Shown piece by piece: positions 1 through 17,911 of a stretch of DNA of 64,000 nt. Source of the stretch: the human T2T-CHM13v2.0 reference genome, Homo sapiens; assembly GCA_009914755.4 (NCBI GenBank), contig CP068257.2, positions 16,256,001 to 16,320,000 of the forward strand, read 5' to 3'. Under the pieces are notes generated by a model, which was not told where the DNA came from, made no database searches, and saw only the letters and a program-made list of their open reading frames with translations. The position numbers and the translations under genes were made by a program. Every line of letters starts with the position of its first letter. Positions within the stretch are counted from its first letter, which is position 1.

Positions 1-3000
1 TGCTGTATAGAAGAGCTACTGATTTGTGTATGTTAATTTTGTATTCAGAAACTTTGCTGAATTATTTTATCAGTCCTAGGAACTTTCTGGAGGAGTCTTA
101 ATAATGTTTTCTAGGTAAATGATCATACTGTCAGCAAACAGTGACAGTTTGACTTCCTCTTTACTGATTTGGATGCCCTTTATTTCTTTCTCTTGTCTGA
201 TTGCTCTGGCTAGGATTTCCAGTACTGTGTTGAAGAGGAGTGGTGAGTGAGAGTGGACATCCTTGTCTTGTTCCAGTTCTCGGAGGGAATCCTTTCAACT
301 TTTCCCCATTCAGTACTATGTTGGCTGTGGGTTTGTCATAGATGGCTTTTATTACATTTAGGTATGATGTCCCTTGTATGCTGATTTTGCTGAGAGTTTT
401 AATCATAAAGTGATGCTGGATTTTGTACAATGCTTTTTCTGCATCTATTGAGATGAGTATGTGATTTTTGTTTTTAATTTTGTTTGTGTGGCGTATCACA
501 TTTATTGACTTGCGTATGTTAAACCATTCCTGTTTCTCTGGTATGAAACCCACTTGATCATGGTGGATTATCTTTCTGACATGTTGTTGGGTTCAGTTAG
601 CTAGTATTTAGTTAAGGATTTTAACATCTAAGTTCATCAAGGATATTGGTCTGTAGTTTTCTTTTTGGTTATGTCCTTTCCTGGTTTTGGTATTAGGGTT
701 ATGCTGGCTTCATAGAATGAATTTGGGTGGGTTCCTTCTTTCTTTATCTTATGGAATAGTGTCAATAGGACTGGAACCAACTCTTCTTTGGTAGAATTCT
801 GCTGTGAATCCGTCTGGTCCTGGACTTTTTTGTGTTGGTAATTTTTTAATTACCATTTCAGTCTCACTGCTTGTTATTGGTCTGTTCAGGGTATCTAATT
901 CTTCCTGATTTAAGCTAGGGGGTTGTGTTTTTTTTAGGATTATCCATCTCTTCTAGGTTTGCTAGTTTATGTGTGTAAGGATGTTCATAGTAGCCTTGAA
1001 TAATCTTTTGTATTTCTGTGGTGTCTGTTGTAATATCTCCTGTTTTGTTTCTTAATGAGGTTATTTGGATTTTCTTTCTTCTTTTCTTGGGTTAATCTTG
1101 TTAATGGTCTATCAATTTTATTTATCTTTTCAAGGAAGCAGCTTTTTGTTTCATTTATCTTTTGATATTCTTTCTGTTTGTTTCAATTTCAGTTAGCTCT
1201 GCTCTGATCTTGGTTGTTTCCTTTTCTGCTGGGTTTGGGTTTGGTTTGTTCTTGTTTCTCTTATTCCTTGAGGTATGGCCTTAGAGTGTCAGTTTGTACT
1301 CTTTCTTTTTGATGTAGGCATGTAGGCCTATTAACTTTCCTCTTAGCACTGCCTTTGCCATATCCCAGAGGTTTTGATAGGTTGTATCATTATTGTTGTT
1401 CAGTTTGAAGAATTTTTTAATTTCCATTTGGATTTTGTTTTTGACCCAAAGTTCATTCAGGAGCAGGTTATTTAATTTCCATGTATTTGCATGGTTTCAA
1501 AAGTTCCTTTTGGAGATGATTTCCAATTTTATTACACTGTGGTCTGAGAGTGATTGATATAATTTCAAGTTTCTTAATTTTACTGAGGCTCCTTTTTCGG
1601 CTTATCATACAGTCTATCTTGGAGAAAGTTCCATGCGCTATTGAATAGAATGTGTATTCTGCAGTTGTTGGATGAAATGTTCTGTATATATCTGTTAAGT
1701 CCATTTGTTCCAAGATATAGTTTAAATCCATTGTTTCTTTGTTGACTTTCTGGCTTGATGCCCTGTCTAGTGCTGTCACTGGAGTATTGATGTCCCCACT
1801 ATTATTGTGTTGCTTTATATCTCATTTCCTAGGTCTATTAGTAATTGTTTTATAAATTTGGGAGCTCCAGTGTTAGGTGCATATATGTTTAGGCTTGTGA
1901 TATTTTCCTGTTGGACAAGGCCTTTTACCATTATATAATGTCCCTCTTTGTCACTTTTAACTGCTGTTGCTTTAAAGTTTGTTTTGTCTGATATAAGAAT
2001 AGCTACCCCTACTTGCTTTTGTTGTTCTTTTGCATGAAATGCCTTTTTCACCTCTTTAATTTAAGTTTATGTGAGTCCTTATGTGTCAGGTGAGTCTCTG
2101 GAAGGCAGCAGATGGCTGGTGAGTTCTTATCCATTCTGCAGTTCTGTATCTTTTAAGTGGAGCACTTAGGCCATTTACACTCAATGTTAGTATTGAGATG
2201 TGAGGTACCATTGCTTTCATCTTGCTATTTGTTGCCTTTGTACCTTGTTTTTTGTTTTCACTTTTCCACTTGTATTTTTGTTTTATAGGTCCTGTGTGAT
2301 TTATGCTTTAAAGAGGTTCTATTTAATGTGTTTCCAGGATTCATTTCAAGATTTAGAGCTACTTTTAGCAGTTCTTGTAGTGGTGGCTTGGAAGTGGCAA
2401 ATTCTCTCAGCATTTGTTTGTTTGAAAAAGACTGTATCTTTCCTTCATATATGATGCTTAGTTTTGCTGGATACAAGATTCTTGGCTGATAATTGTTTTG
2501 TTTGAGGAGGCTGAAGATAGGGCCCCAATCCCTTCTAGCTTTTAGGGTTTCTGCTGAGAAATCTGCTGTTAATCTGATAGGTTTTCCTTTATAGGTTACC
2601 TGGTGCTTCTGTCTCACAGCTCTTAAGATTCTTTCCTTTGTCTTAACTTTAGATAACCCGATGACAATGGGCCTAGGTGGTGATCTTTTTGTGATGAAGT
2701 TCCCAAGTGTTCTTTGTGCTTCTTGTATTTCGATGTCTAGATCTCTAGCAAGGCTGGGGAAGTTTTCCCTGATTATTCTGCAAAATATGTTTTCTAAACT
2801 TTTAGATTTCTTGTCTTCCTTAGGAACAGCAACTATTCTTAGGTTTAGTTGTTTAACATAATCCCAAACTTCCTGGAGGCTTTGTTCATATTTTCTTATT
2901 CTTTGTTCGTTGGATTTGGTTAATTCAAAGACCTTATTTTCGAGCTCTGAAGTTCAGAGCATTTTGCATTTCTATAAGTGTATCCAATGTTTTCTGAATT

Positions 3001-3069
3001 TTTTATTGTTTTTTCTTTATGCTATCTAGTTCCTTGGATATGTCTCCCTTCACTTCGTTCACTCGCGTC
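1..3069 (-). mobile_element. L1 LINE (L1PB / old L1PA-like), antisense; ORF2 endonuclease + RT part and ORF1 C-terminal half; the 3' part lies upstream of the window
   Basis: Minus-strand ORFs 161-553 (RT motifs [17 protein letters not shown]), 1468-1779 and 1815-2051 (EN region) and 2258-2617 (ORF1: TYKGKPIRLTADFSAETLKARRDWGPIF, RILYPAKLS) match L1 proteins. Confidence 0.9.
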
Positions 3070-3469
3070 TGTGTGAAGAGACCACCAAACAGGCTTTGTG
3101 TGAGCAACAAGGCTGTTTATTGCACCTGGGTGCAGGCAGGCTGAGTCTGAAAAGAGAGTCAGCGAAGGGAGATAGGGGTAGGGCCATTTTATAAGATTTG
3201 GGTAGATAAAGGAAAATTACAGTCAAAGGGGGGTTGTTCTCTGGCGGGCAGGAGTGGGGGTCACAAGGTGCTCAGTGGGGGAGCTTTTGAGTCAGATGAG
3301 CCAGGAGAAGGAATTTCACAAGATAATGCCATCAGTTAAGGCAGGAACAGGCCATTTTCACTTCTTTTGTGGTGGAATGTCATCAGTTAAGGCAGGAACC
3401 GGCCATCTGGATGTGTACGTGCAGGTCAAAGGGGATATGATGGCTTAGCTTGGGCTCAGAGGCCTGACA
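3070..3469 (+). mobile_element. LTR12-family (HERV9 LTR, ERV1) 5' fragment inserted in L1 ORF1
   Basis: Begins TGTGTGAAGAGACCACCAAACAGGCTTTGTGTGAGCAA and ends GCTTGGGCTCAGAGGCCTGACA, both characteristic of LTR12; L1 ORF1 reading resumes on both sides. Confidence 0.7.
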
Positions 3470-5110
3470 ACTTCTTTTATCAGTTTTTGGATTTCCTTGC
3501 ATTGGTCTTTCCCTTTCTCTGGTGCCTCCCTGATTAGCTTAATAACTGATCTCCTGAATTCTTTTTCATGTAAATCAGGGATTTCTTCTTGGTTGGGATC
3601 CATTGCTGGTAAACTAATGTGATTTTTTAGGGGTGTTAAAGAGCCTTGTTTTGTCATATTACCAGAGTTGATTTTCTGGTTTCTTCTCTTTTGGGTAGCC
3701 TCTGTCAGAGGGAAGATCTAGGGCTGAAGGCTGTTGTTCAGATTCTTTTGTCCCACAAGGTGTTCCCTCGATGTAGTACTCTCCGCCTTTTCCTATGCAT
3801 GTGGCTTCCTGTGAGCCAATCTGCAATGATTGCTGTCTTTCTTTTGTGTCTAGCCAGCCAGTGAGTCTACAGGGCTCCAGTCTGGTACAGGGGGTTGTCT
3901 GCACAGAGTCCTGCGATGTGAACTGTTTATGGGTCTCTCAGCCGTGGATCCCAGCACCTGTTTCCAGTGGAGGTGGCAGGGGTGTGAAATGGACTCTGTG
4001 AGGGTTCTTAGCCTTGGTGGTTTAATGGTCTATTTTTGTGCTGGTTGGCCTCCTGCCAGGAGGTGGCGCTTTCCAGAGAGCATCAGCTGTGGTAGTGTGG
4101 AGAGGAACCGGCAGTGGGTGCGGCCCCAGAACTCCCAAGATTATATCTCCTTTGTCTTCTGCTACCAGGGTGGGTAGGGAAGGGCCATCAGGTTGGGGTG
4201 GGGCTAGGGGGTGTCTGAGTTCAGACTCTCTTTGTGTGGGTCTTGCTGCAGCTGCTGTGGGGGATGGGCATGACATTCCCAAGTCAATGGGGTTGTGTAC
4301 CTAGGAGGATTATGGCTGCCTCTGCTGAGTCATGCAGGTTGTCAGGGAAGTCGGGGAAGCTGGCAGTCACAGGCCTCACCCACCTCCCATGCAAACTGAA
4401 GGGTCAGTCTCACTCCCACCATTGCCCCCCAAACAGCCTTGAGTCTGTTTCCAGGTGGTGGGTAAGCTGAGCTTGAGAACTTGCCCCAGGCTACCCACCT
4501 CCCAGCTGGGAACGAAAAGGGCTTGGTTCTTCCCCCACCTGTGGGAGTGTGCGCACGGGATTCATGCCCTCCCCCCAGTTCTGGCCAGGAGGCTTCTCAC
4601 ATGGTTCCAATTGTTAAAAAATTCAGCTGGAGATTTCCTTCTCCCTGTGGTGTTTTTCCCCCGCTCCTCTGGCTGCCTTCCTGATGGATCTCTGTGGTCC
4701 CAGGCAGGAATGGCCTGCTTGGGGACCCAGCGAGCTCCCAAGGCCTTTCCTGCTGCTTCCTCTATCCCTGTGTTTTGCTTGGCTCTCTAAATTGACTCAG
4801 CTCCAGGTAAGGTTGGAAACTTCTCCCACAAACAGACCTTCAGTTTCTCCAGTGGGGGTGTGTGTTTGGGAGAGGAGGGTCTCCCTTTCCCACTTTTGCA
4901 GTTGGGGCACTCACAGTATTTGAGGCATCTCCCAGGTCCTGCAGGAGCAGTCGGCTTCCTTCAGAGGGGCTGTGGGTCCTCTCGGTATTTCTGGTTTGTT
5001 CTTGTAGTCGATCTGGGGCTAAAATTCACAGTGCCAGCCTCAGCATGCTGCTCTGTCGGAGTCAAAGCTACAGCCTAGTCCTGCCTCCCTTCTGCCATGA
5101 GCTCCTCATT
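3470..5110 (-). mobile_element. Continuation of the same L1: ORF1 N-terminus and GC-rich 5' UTR
   Basis: Minus ORF 3445-3657 (MDPNQEEIPDLHEKEFRR, KEIQKLIKEV) is L1PB-type ORF1 N-terminus; 3.7-5.1 kb has L1 5' UTR character; the 5' end is approximate. Confidence 0.75.
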
Positions 5111-5407
5111 TTCTCAGTAGATGCAATTTCGAACAGCAATAACAACATTGTAGTTTTTTACAACAAGCATAAATGATTGTACTTTTGGGCAGCGGAATTT
5201 TATGTAAAATGAGGAAATGGGTGGTTTCCAGCCTGCTTGCCTCTTGGTGGTGACTCGCAGCTTTCAGCATTTAGAATCTCTTGCTACTCATTGCTTTCAG
5301 GATGCCACAGATTCTCTTTTGTCTGGAGAAATGTATGTGATAACCTGGCACTCACGCCTTGGTGTCTAGGTAGGTATATTAACCTACCAAGGATGTATGC
5401 ATTTTAG

Positions 5408-6266
<859 letters not shown>

Positions 6267-7317
6267 AACAACTGCACAGGCAGGCAGTTGTTTTTGTATT
6301 CCTCGAATCATGCCTCACTGTGGTCATTACTAGCACAATGCTTTGAATATGAGAAGTGTTTAAATAATATATATTAAACGGATCAATGAGTAACTAACTG
6401 GAGATTAACCTAATATGAAAGTTAGTATTGAGGCTTTAAAGTAAAAAATAAATTTTAGCCTTGTGATCATATTTCTCCATAATATTGAAAGCCTTTATTG
6501 GGACTCGAATGGTTTCCTGTTTATCATCAAGTAATGATGGAGGTTTGCTCTTAATTCTGTATTGAGTAAATACATGTCCCATATAAAATTTTTTGCTGCC
6601 CTCTGGTGGATATAGTTCAATAAATAAACATTATACAATTATATATCAAATTCCATATATTAAGCAGTTTCTCATTTGTGTATGTTCCCAAAGTTGCTTT
6701 CTCAGTTTAGAAATTGGAATGCATTTTTCACATCAGAAGAGAGGTTAGTATCTCAGATCTGCTTGTAAATCCCTATTATAATAAATGGTACTTAAAATAT
6801 GGCACAAAAAATAGTGTAGAGCCTAACAAGTAGGTAGTTGCAATGATTTCATGAGGAAATCCATTGAAAGTGATCACTTGGGAACACAGTTAGCCATCTT
6901 CCCTGCTGTGGCCTTGATTACTGAGGAAGGCGAAGTGGAATTTCCTGGATCCCATCCCTGGGGGTGCTTCTATGGCCTGCCATGGGGTGTGTGTATTGGG
7001 AGGTGGGGGTGGGAGGATGGTGAAGGACAGAATCGAAAGCTTTCCAGGAATGGGGTGAGGCTTGGGGGTGTAGTGAAAGGGAATGAGGCAGAGCATAGCC
7101 CGGAGGAACAGAAGTAGCTGAGTTCTAAAGAAATGAAAGATCTGGAAATAAAATACATATGGGACTGAAGGGACAAGAGTGACACTAAAGACAGGCAGAG
7201 AGGAGTGAAGAACAGTGGTAAAGAGTGTCCTGTGCCCGCTCACAAGAGCCAATTGTTAAATTTTCAAGAATTTTGTGAGCCACTTATTAAACACAGACAT
7301 TATTAAAAACTAAGTCA

Positions 7318-7609
<292 letters not shown>

Positions 7610-8843
7610 AAAAAATTAGTCGTATAAACTTACAATGAAGTAAACTGTCTTTAAAACTAAACTAATATGTACTCAAGACTCACCGCTTCCTAAGTATTTT
7701 ACTATTTAGTAAAGTCACCTTTTGAGATGATTTACGTTTTGCATTCATATGGTGGGAATATTCCACAATGATGTGTTGTCCAGCATCTCTCCCCAGCTCT
7801 GCATTCCGAGATATCAGTAACTTCTTGTTGGTTACAGTGTGAATACTTTTGCCAAGAAAACTGAAAAATGCTACAAATCAAATCAGCTCTCCTCTATCCC
7901 CAAGAGCTGAATGTTAAACAGTTGCCAGCATTCCACTGGGTAAGGACATCTCTTCAGTAACAAAAGAAGGTTTTCTTTCTTTTTTAAAAAATAGTTTCAC
8001 TACCTGTGCTAGATTGGTGTTCTAGTTCATTTATTCATTAAATAAAAAATATTATTTTTTGATTCTCTACTTGTTAGGAGATAATTTTCCATGGGTTTCT
8101 TATGTTTCTGCATACCTTATAAGAAAGACACAGATTACCCTTTGTCCCAGAAAATCTTTTCAGTGATGTTCATACAGTGAATGGCCTTGGAAGCTAGGGA
8201 TTGGGTCTCCCTTTGGAGCAAAGGGCAGACATGCTTGCTGCCCATTATAAAATTTTTGCATCCCCTAAACTCAGCATTCCTCTCCTGTATCACAACCCAC
8301 TATGTATTCAGGTATCTTTCGGTTCTTTTGTGTCACCCTGTAGACTTGGGCCTCGAGATACTGTCCCCAAAATGCCAAAATCCTGGCTGTTGCTATTGTT
8401 GTGATTAATAAGCTGTTCTTCTTCTCTGACCCTGAGTCTCCTGTCTTCTACTGGCATCAATGAAACTGTAGCAGGCAAACTTATTGGCTTGTGAGTAGGG
8501 CAAAATTCAGTCCCTTCCCAGTTCTTTACAGTATTATGTGTCAGGCAGTGAGCAAGGAACTGAAATGCAGGGGTGAGTACGGCAAAAAGATCCTTGTGGA
8601 GCTCAATATGTCTTGTAGGATTATAAACAAAAAGCATTAAAAATAAATGATGAATATTTAAAATTTATATTAGGATAAGAATTAAGAAAGAGTAGAACAG
8701 TGGTGCGATAGAGTAATGGAGCTGTCTAGAGGGAAATCTGCATGAGTTGTTGGGGAAGGTCTCTCTGGTAGGTGGTTAAGCCAGGAGAAAGAAGTTACGG
8801 CTGAAGAGTGAAGAGAGGGAGTATGTAAAAATACCATAAAGGA

Positions 8844-8979
8844 GGCCAGCCAGGTGCGAAGGCTCTCGCCTGTAATCCCAGCACTTTGGGAGGCCAAAGG
8901 CAGGAGGATGGCTTGAGCCCAGGTGTTACAGACCAGCCTGGGTAACATAGTGAGACCCTCTCTCTACAAAAAAAAAAAG
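8844..8979 (+). mobile_element. Free left Alu monomer (FLAM-like) or 3'-truncated Alu with A-tail
   Basis: GGCCAGCCAGGTGCGAAGGCTCTCGCCTGTAATCCCAGCACTTTGGGAGGCCAAAGGCAGGAGGATGGCTTGAGCCCAGG ... then poly-A; only the left arm is present. Confidence 0.7.
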
Positions 8980-9768
8980 GAGTCATGAAGTAGCATTTTT
9001 TGGTTGATTAATAAAGGGGATTTTTTTTTATGGGAAAAGATATGTTTTCTTCCATTTTCCTCTTTTCATTAAGGTAAATACGTGGGAGGGGAGGTTTCCA
9101 GACAGTGTGATAGAAATGGCAGGAGATTGCACTTTTCCTGCATTGGAATCACATGAAATTCCAAATATTGTATAAAGACTTGTGATTTGAGGAAATCCCT
9201 GGAAATAACACTTGGGGGCTGAATAAGAGTAGTATTAGTACAGACGGTGGAAGGCAGCGAGGAGGACAGAAAACGTGGCTGTAGTGAGAGGAATGAAATG
9301 ACTGTCTTTGTACCCTCCCTGAGCAGTGCTCCCAAGGTGAGAGCTGATGAACTGGGGATGGATTGCCTGGAGTTTTAATGTTTTCTGTCAACGTTAGGTA
9401 GCAAAATCCACGGAGTATGATTCCAACAAACAATTGAGAGTTAGAGTGAAGTGAAGCTACCTAAAGGACAGAGAAAAAGGGTTTGGAAACTCAGTTCCTG
9501 ACTCTTGATTGCTCTATGACCTCTCTGATATCTTTATTAGGTATGGCACTTTCTTATAAGAGGTTGCTGTAACTACCCTACTGAAGATCTGAGATGGGAA
9601 AGCAAAGGCAGAACAGCAAACTATAAAAGTCCCCTTCTTACATCTTCCACCAATGTGGCGTTTGAATACTTCTGTGAATTTTTAGAAATATGGGTTAGAA
9701 GTTACACTCAAGGCAATTTAAAAGTAATATTTTTTACACTTCCTAGAAGTTACAGTCTAGTCAATTTA

Positions 9769-10131
<363 letters not shown>

Positions 10132-11011
10132 TCAATATCTTTATTGACATAAATGGATATTGTATAACGTCTGTTCTAGATGCAATCTGTAAGTTGGTTT
10201 TATTTGCTTTTTTCTTTTAGTACCAGGTATTAGATAACCTAAAGGTATGCACAAAGTTTTGTCCTTGGATAATAAAGTGCTGGCTGCTGGGTTTATCGGT
10301 TTTCACTGTAAAATGCCAAAAAAAAAAACAATCTAGAAAACATCCAAATTATTTTACTGTGAAATTTTGTTAAAATGAATATATTGCTGTAATCACATAC
10401 CCTTACATTTTACCAAGCACTTAACGTAGTCCTATAAGAATGCCCAAAACTAGTTGTTGATATACTGGTTTTTTTTTTGCAGATGAAAAAGCAGGCTCAG
10501 AGTGGTGGCGTGAGCTGCTTCAAGTCACATAGTAACTAGCCAATGTCTTAAATGAGCCCTTGGAGCATCTACACGGTGTTCTGTGATCAAAGGCCTCAGG
10601 GAGTTTTTACAGATTTCCTTTCTGTTGCTTCCCTTTTTGTTTATGAGACTATCCTTGCTGCACGCCTCCGTTCTCAGTGTCAGTTTTTTTGCTGGCCCAG
10701 GCTTCTTCTATTCATAGCCAGAATGGAAGTCCCAGCACCAGTTCCTGCCCTGTGTGTAAAGCAGGGTCGTTTCTTGTCTGAATAAAATTTGCTGGTGGTT
10801 TTGCATATCTTAAAGTTTTGGAAAATGTATCCAAAGAGAATGCTCTTTTTTTTGAGATCGGGCCATCAGAAACACTGATCCCAGCATCATTTAATTTAAC
10901 ATCCTATTGGAGAGAAGAATAAAACACATCCATTCATATTCAAGGAAATCAGACCTAAATGTATCTACTTCTTAAAAAAATTCGAAGATATTGTCTTTAA
11001 AATAATAACCC

Positions 11012-11309
11012 GGCTGGGCACAGTGGCTCATGCCTCTGATCCCAGCACTTTGGGAGGTCGAGGTGGGCGGATCACGAGGTCAGGAGATCGAGCCCATCCT
11101 GGCTAACACCGTGAAATCCTGTCTCTACTAAAAGTACAAAAAATTAGCCAGGCGTGGTGGCGGGTGCCTGTAGTCCCAGCTACTCAGGAGGCTGAGGCAG
11201 GAGAATGGCGTGAACCCGGCAGGCGGAGCTTGCAGTGAGCCGAGATGGTGCCACTGCGCTCCAGCCTGGGCGACAGAGCAAGACTCCGTCTGAAAACAAA
11301 CAAACAAAG
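11012..11309 (+). mobile_element. AluY SINE, TSD AATAACCC
   Basis: GGCTGGGCACAGTGGCTCATGCC ... GGCGACAGAGCAAGACTCCGTCTGAAAACAAACAAACAAAG; AATAACCC sits on both flanks. Confidence 0.95.
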
Positions 11310-11452
11310 AAACCAATAACCCTCAGGAATATTAAAAACCATCTCAACTTGCTGAGGAACCTAGAATAAGATATGTGTAGGGCTGAGAATATGAGCGATG
11401 AAAAAAAATTTCTTGACATAGTCAAATGGTGAAAACACTTATTTATTTATTT

Positions 11453-13861
<2,409 letters not shown>

Positions 13862-14470
13862 AAACCACTTATTTTAAAATAAAACAATATGATAAGCATT
13901 ATATTAAATCGACAATTAATATAATATGTTAAAAAATAATTAAAAGCATTATTTAAAATAGAATAATAAACTATTTCCTCCATAAGGTCAATTAGGTATT
14001 CTGCCTTCATTGCCTTAAGGAAGGGACAATACAGACAAATCTGATCACAAAAGTTAAATTCTTGGTTAATCTATTTCTACTTCTAGAATTTAGCAGTAAA
14101 TGATAGATTTTGAAGATGAGATAAAGAGTTGTTTTTCCTGCTTCTGATTTACTGAACCTAGGAAGAAAGAAAGTGAGAAGGTGAACAAGAGGCTAGATAT
14201 GGTGTTACTAAAAATTGGAGGCTGACACTTGATTTCTCTCCTTTGTTGACTGCCACTGCCATCTTAAAGGAAGACAGCAACCTCAGATACGTTGGAGTCT
14301 CAGATAATTAATTGAAGGGAACTATGCTGCTGTTTGCTGAACTTAATTTGTCCCATTGCTAGAGCCAATTGTTAAGTTTTTAGGAGTTTCGTGAACTTGC
14401 TAGTATCACATTGGTAACTTGAAATCAGCCATGGTGAGAGTTTTAATCTACAGAAATGGGCAGATGCTCA

Positions 14471-14967
<497 letters not shown>

Positions 14968-15292
14968 TTAGGGTTCCTGCTTGTCTCTTTGTACTCTGAG
15001 GAGGAGTAGAACAATTTCTCATGTATCTAAGAGCAGCACAGAGTGGGAAAGTATCTCAGACAATATTGATAATTGACCTGAAGCCTCAGAGTGGTATGGG
15101 AGAGCAGATCAGTTTTTGCGAGCTCCTTGAAATGGGCATAGCAGTGATTCAATATGACCAAGTTTGAAGATTCCTGAGGTTGAGGCCAAATGATGTGTCA
15201 GCAACCTGTGTGGTTTAGGGTTAGGATTTGGATAAAGCAAGTGAGTCACGAACCCTGGGTGCAACATTTAATGGTGTGCCAAAAAACTCAGT

Positions 15293-15910
<618 letters not shown>

Positions 15911-17494
15911 AAAACTCAATATTTTAATGCCATATTTGAAATATCAAAATTAAGCAAAAGTACATTATGAATAAAATATTAATATATTAAGTAAAGCCAG
16001 TATCGATATCAGTGAGTTTTTCTTCTGCCTCAGGCTGTGATGGACTACAAGGGGTACTGTTACTGATCCTGCTTCACTTCTTGTTGATCCTGCTTCACTC
16101 CTCTCATCCTGGTCTAGGGGAGGGAGTCGGCTGGATCAGGGGTGGGAGGCAGGGTGCCTTGAATAGCTTGCAACTTAGTTCCTGAATGGGAGTTTGAAAT
16201 GGACAGACAATGTATTGAATTTCAGAAAAATAAAGCTGTAATTCTTGCACATGTGACTTGTAGGCTCAGATTTGAACTTCCTGCACATGAGTTTGGCTGC
16301 AAGTTATTCTTGTATCTATAATGAAATAATTTATAAACATTGTTTTTTATCTTCATGTGGGATTAAATATTTCGTTACTTGTTGGTAACAGCTGTAGTCA
16401 GGTATGACTTATAGAAATCATGTTGCCATTTTCTTAGATGGTTTCAAATCTGTAGGGATATCTGTATGTATGTATATATATCTCTGTCTATATATATTCT
16501 GAACTTCATTACAGTGTGCCATCTTTTCTAGTGCTAATATTAGAGTCATTGGTATATAGTTCTCAAGATCCTTCCAGTGATTTATCAAAAATAACAGAAA
16601 AATATTTTGACCAACAATTTCAATAAATTCACCCTTGACTTATTTTCTAATATCTTGGTTAATGTCAGCTTTCATCTCATCTCCTAGTCTCTGCCATTTC
16701 CAATAAAAATAAAACAAAAATAGCTGACATTTTATCAGTCTGACTATGCACCAGAAACTTTGGAAATTGCATTACATGCATTATCTTATTTACTATGACA
16801 GCTCTGTAAGAGATGGACGATTAAAATGTCTATTTACAGATGAAGAAACTATACCTTAAGATAGTCACGGGACTGGCAAATGGCAAACTCAAACCCTTGT
16901 CTGCCTGGTTCCAAAGCTTGTTCATATACTCACTGTGCCAAACCACCAAATCCAATGTTCTTATACCTCAAGATGAGGTCCACTGATCCCCTTACCCCAA
17001 GTGGCAACGGTGTTTTCCTTTTTCTTAGAGCTAGAATATCGTGTAGCATCTCCAGTTTACAGGGGCTGTATTATCTCTTTTTATTCCTAGAACATAATGA
17101 TTGATGAAGTATTAAGACTATGTTTCCTTATGAAAAATAACTGCGAAAATAATGTCAACAGATAGTACTGGTGATGGAATTGAATAGAAAATTTAGCACA
17201 AGATGGAAAATTTATAAAACAAATGACAGACCATGTTGATATTTGTGAATTGGATCAGTATTGTTTTATTTACAAATGACAGAAAACCTTCTCAAGCAAG
17301 ATCGTGGGAGCTGGGCTGGTGGCTTTGTGAGGGTGGACTGGGATCTGGATTTGGAATGGAAGGAAGCACTCACGATGTGGGGATGTGAAGGCCACCTGAG
17401 CCAAGACCAGAACAGGGAATAGGGTAAAGGTTAGGGTTTTAGGGCAAGAGTGAGACTGCAGAAAGAAAACAAGACAGCGGTACAGTAATGGAGG

Positions 17495-17911
17495 TCAGTC
17501 CATTCAGGCTGCTGTAACAAAACACCAGAAACCAGGGGGTTTACAAAAGCTTGCATTTATTTCTCATGGTTCTGGAGACGGGAGAGTTCAAGATCAAGGT
17601 GCCAGCTGTGTTTGGTGAGGGCCCGCTTCTTTACTGATGGTATCTCTTCACCCTCCTCTCACATGGCAGAAGAGTAATGGGTCTCTCTAGGGCCTCTTTT
17701 ATAAGGGCACTAATCCCAAACATGGGGGCTTCACTTCCATGGTCTAATCGCTTCTCAAATGCTTGAGTCACCAGAAACACCAAGGCATGATTAGAGGTCT
17801 GGAACTTTCACCCTAACACTCAACCTATAGGAAGAGGGGCTGAACTTGAGTTCAGTCACCAATGGTCAGTGATTTAATCAATCATGCCTACATAGTGAAA
17901 CCTTCATAACA
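17495..17911 (+). mobile_element. MLT1-type (MaLR) solo LTR
   Basis: GGCTGCTGTAACAAAACACCAGAAACCAGGGGGTTTACAAAAGCTTGCATTTATTTCTCATGGTTCTGGAGACGGGAGAGTTCAAGATCAAGGTGCCAGC ... GGGCACTAATCCCA: the MLT1 5' motif (CTGCCATAACAAAATACCACAGACTGGGTGGCTTAAACAACAGAAATTTATT...CACAGTTCTGGAGGCTGGAAGTCCAAGATCAAGG). Confidence 0.65.

Noticed and set aside
161-2617. Minus-strand ORFs of 78-130 aa with RT/EN-like and RNA-binding-like motifs
   Set aside because: They are pieces of L1 ORF2 and ORF1 from an old L1 and are broken by frameshifts.
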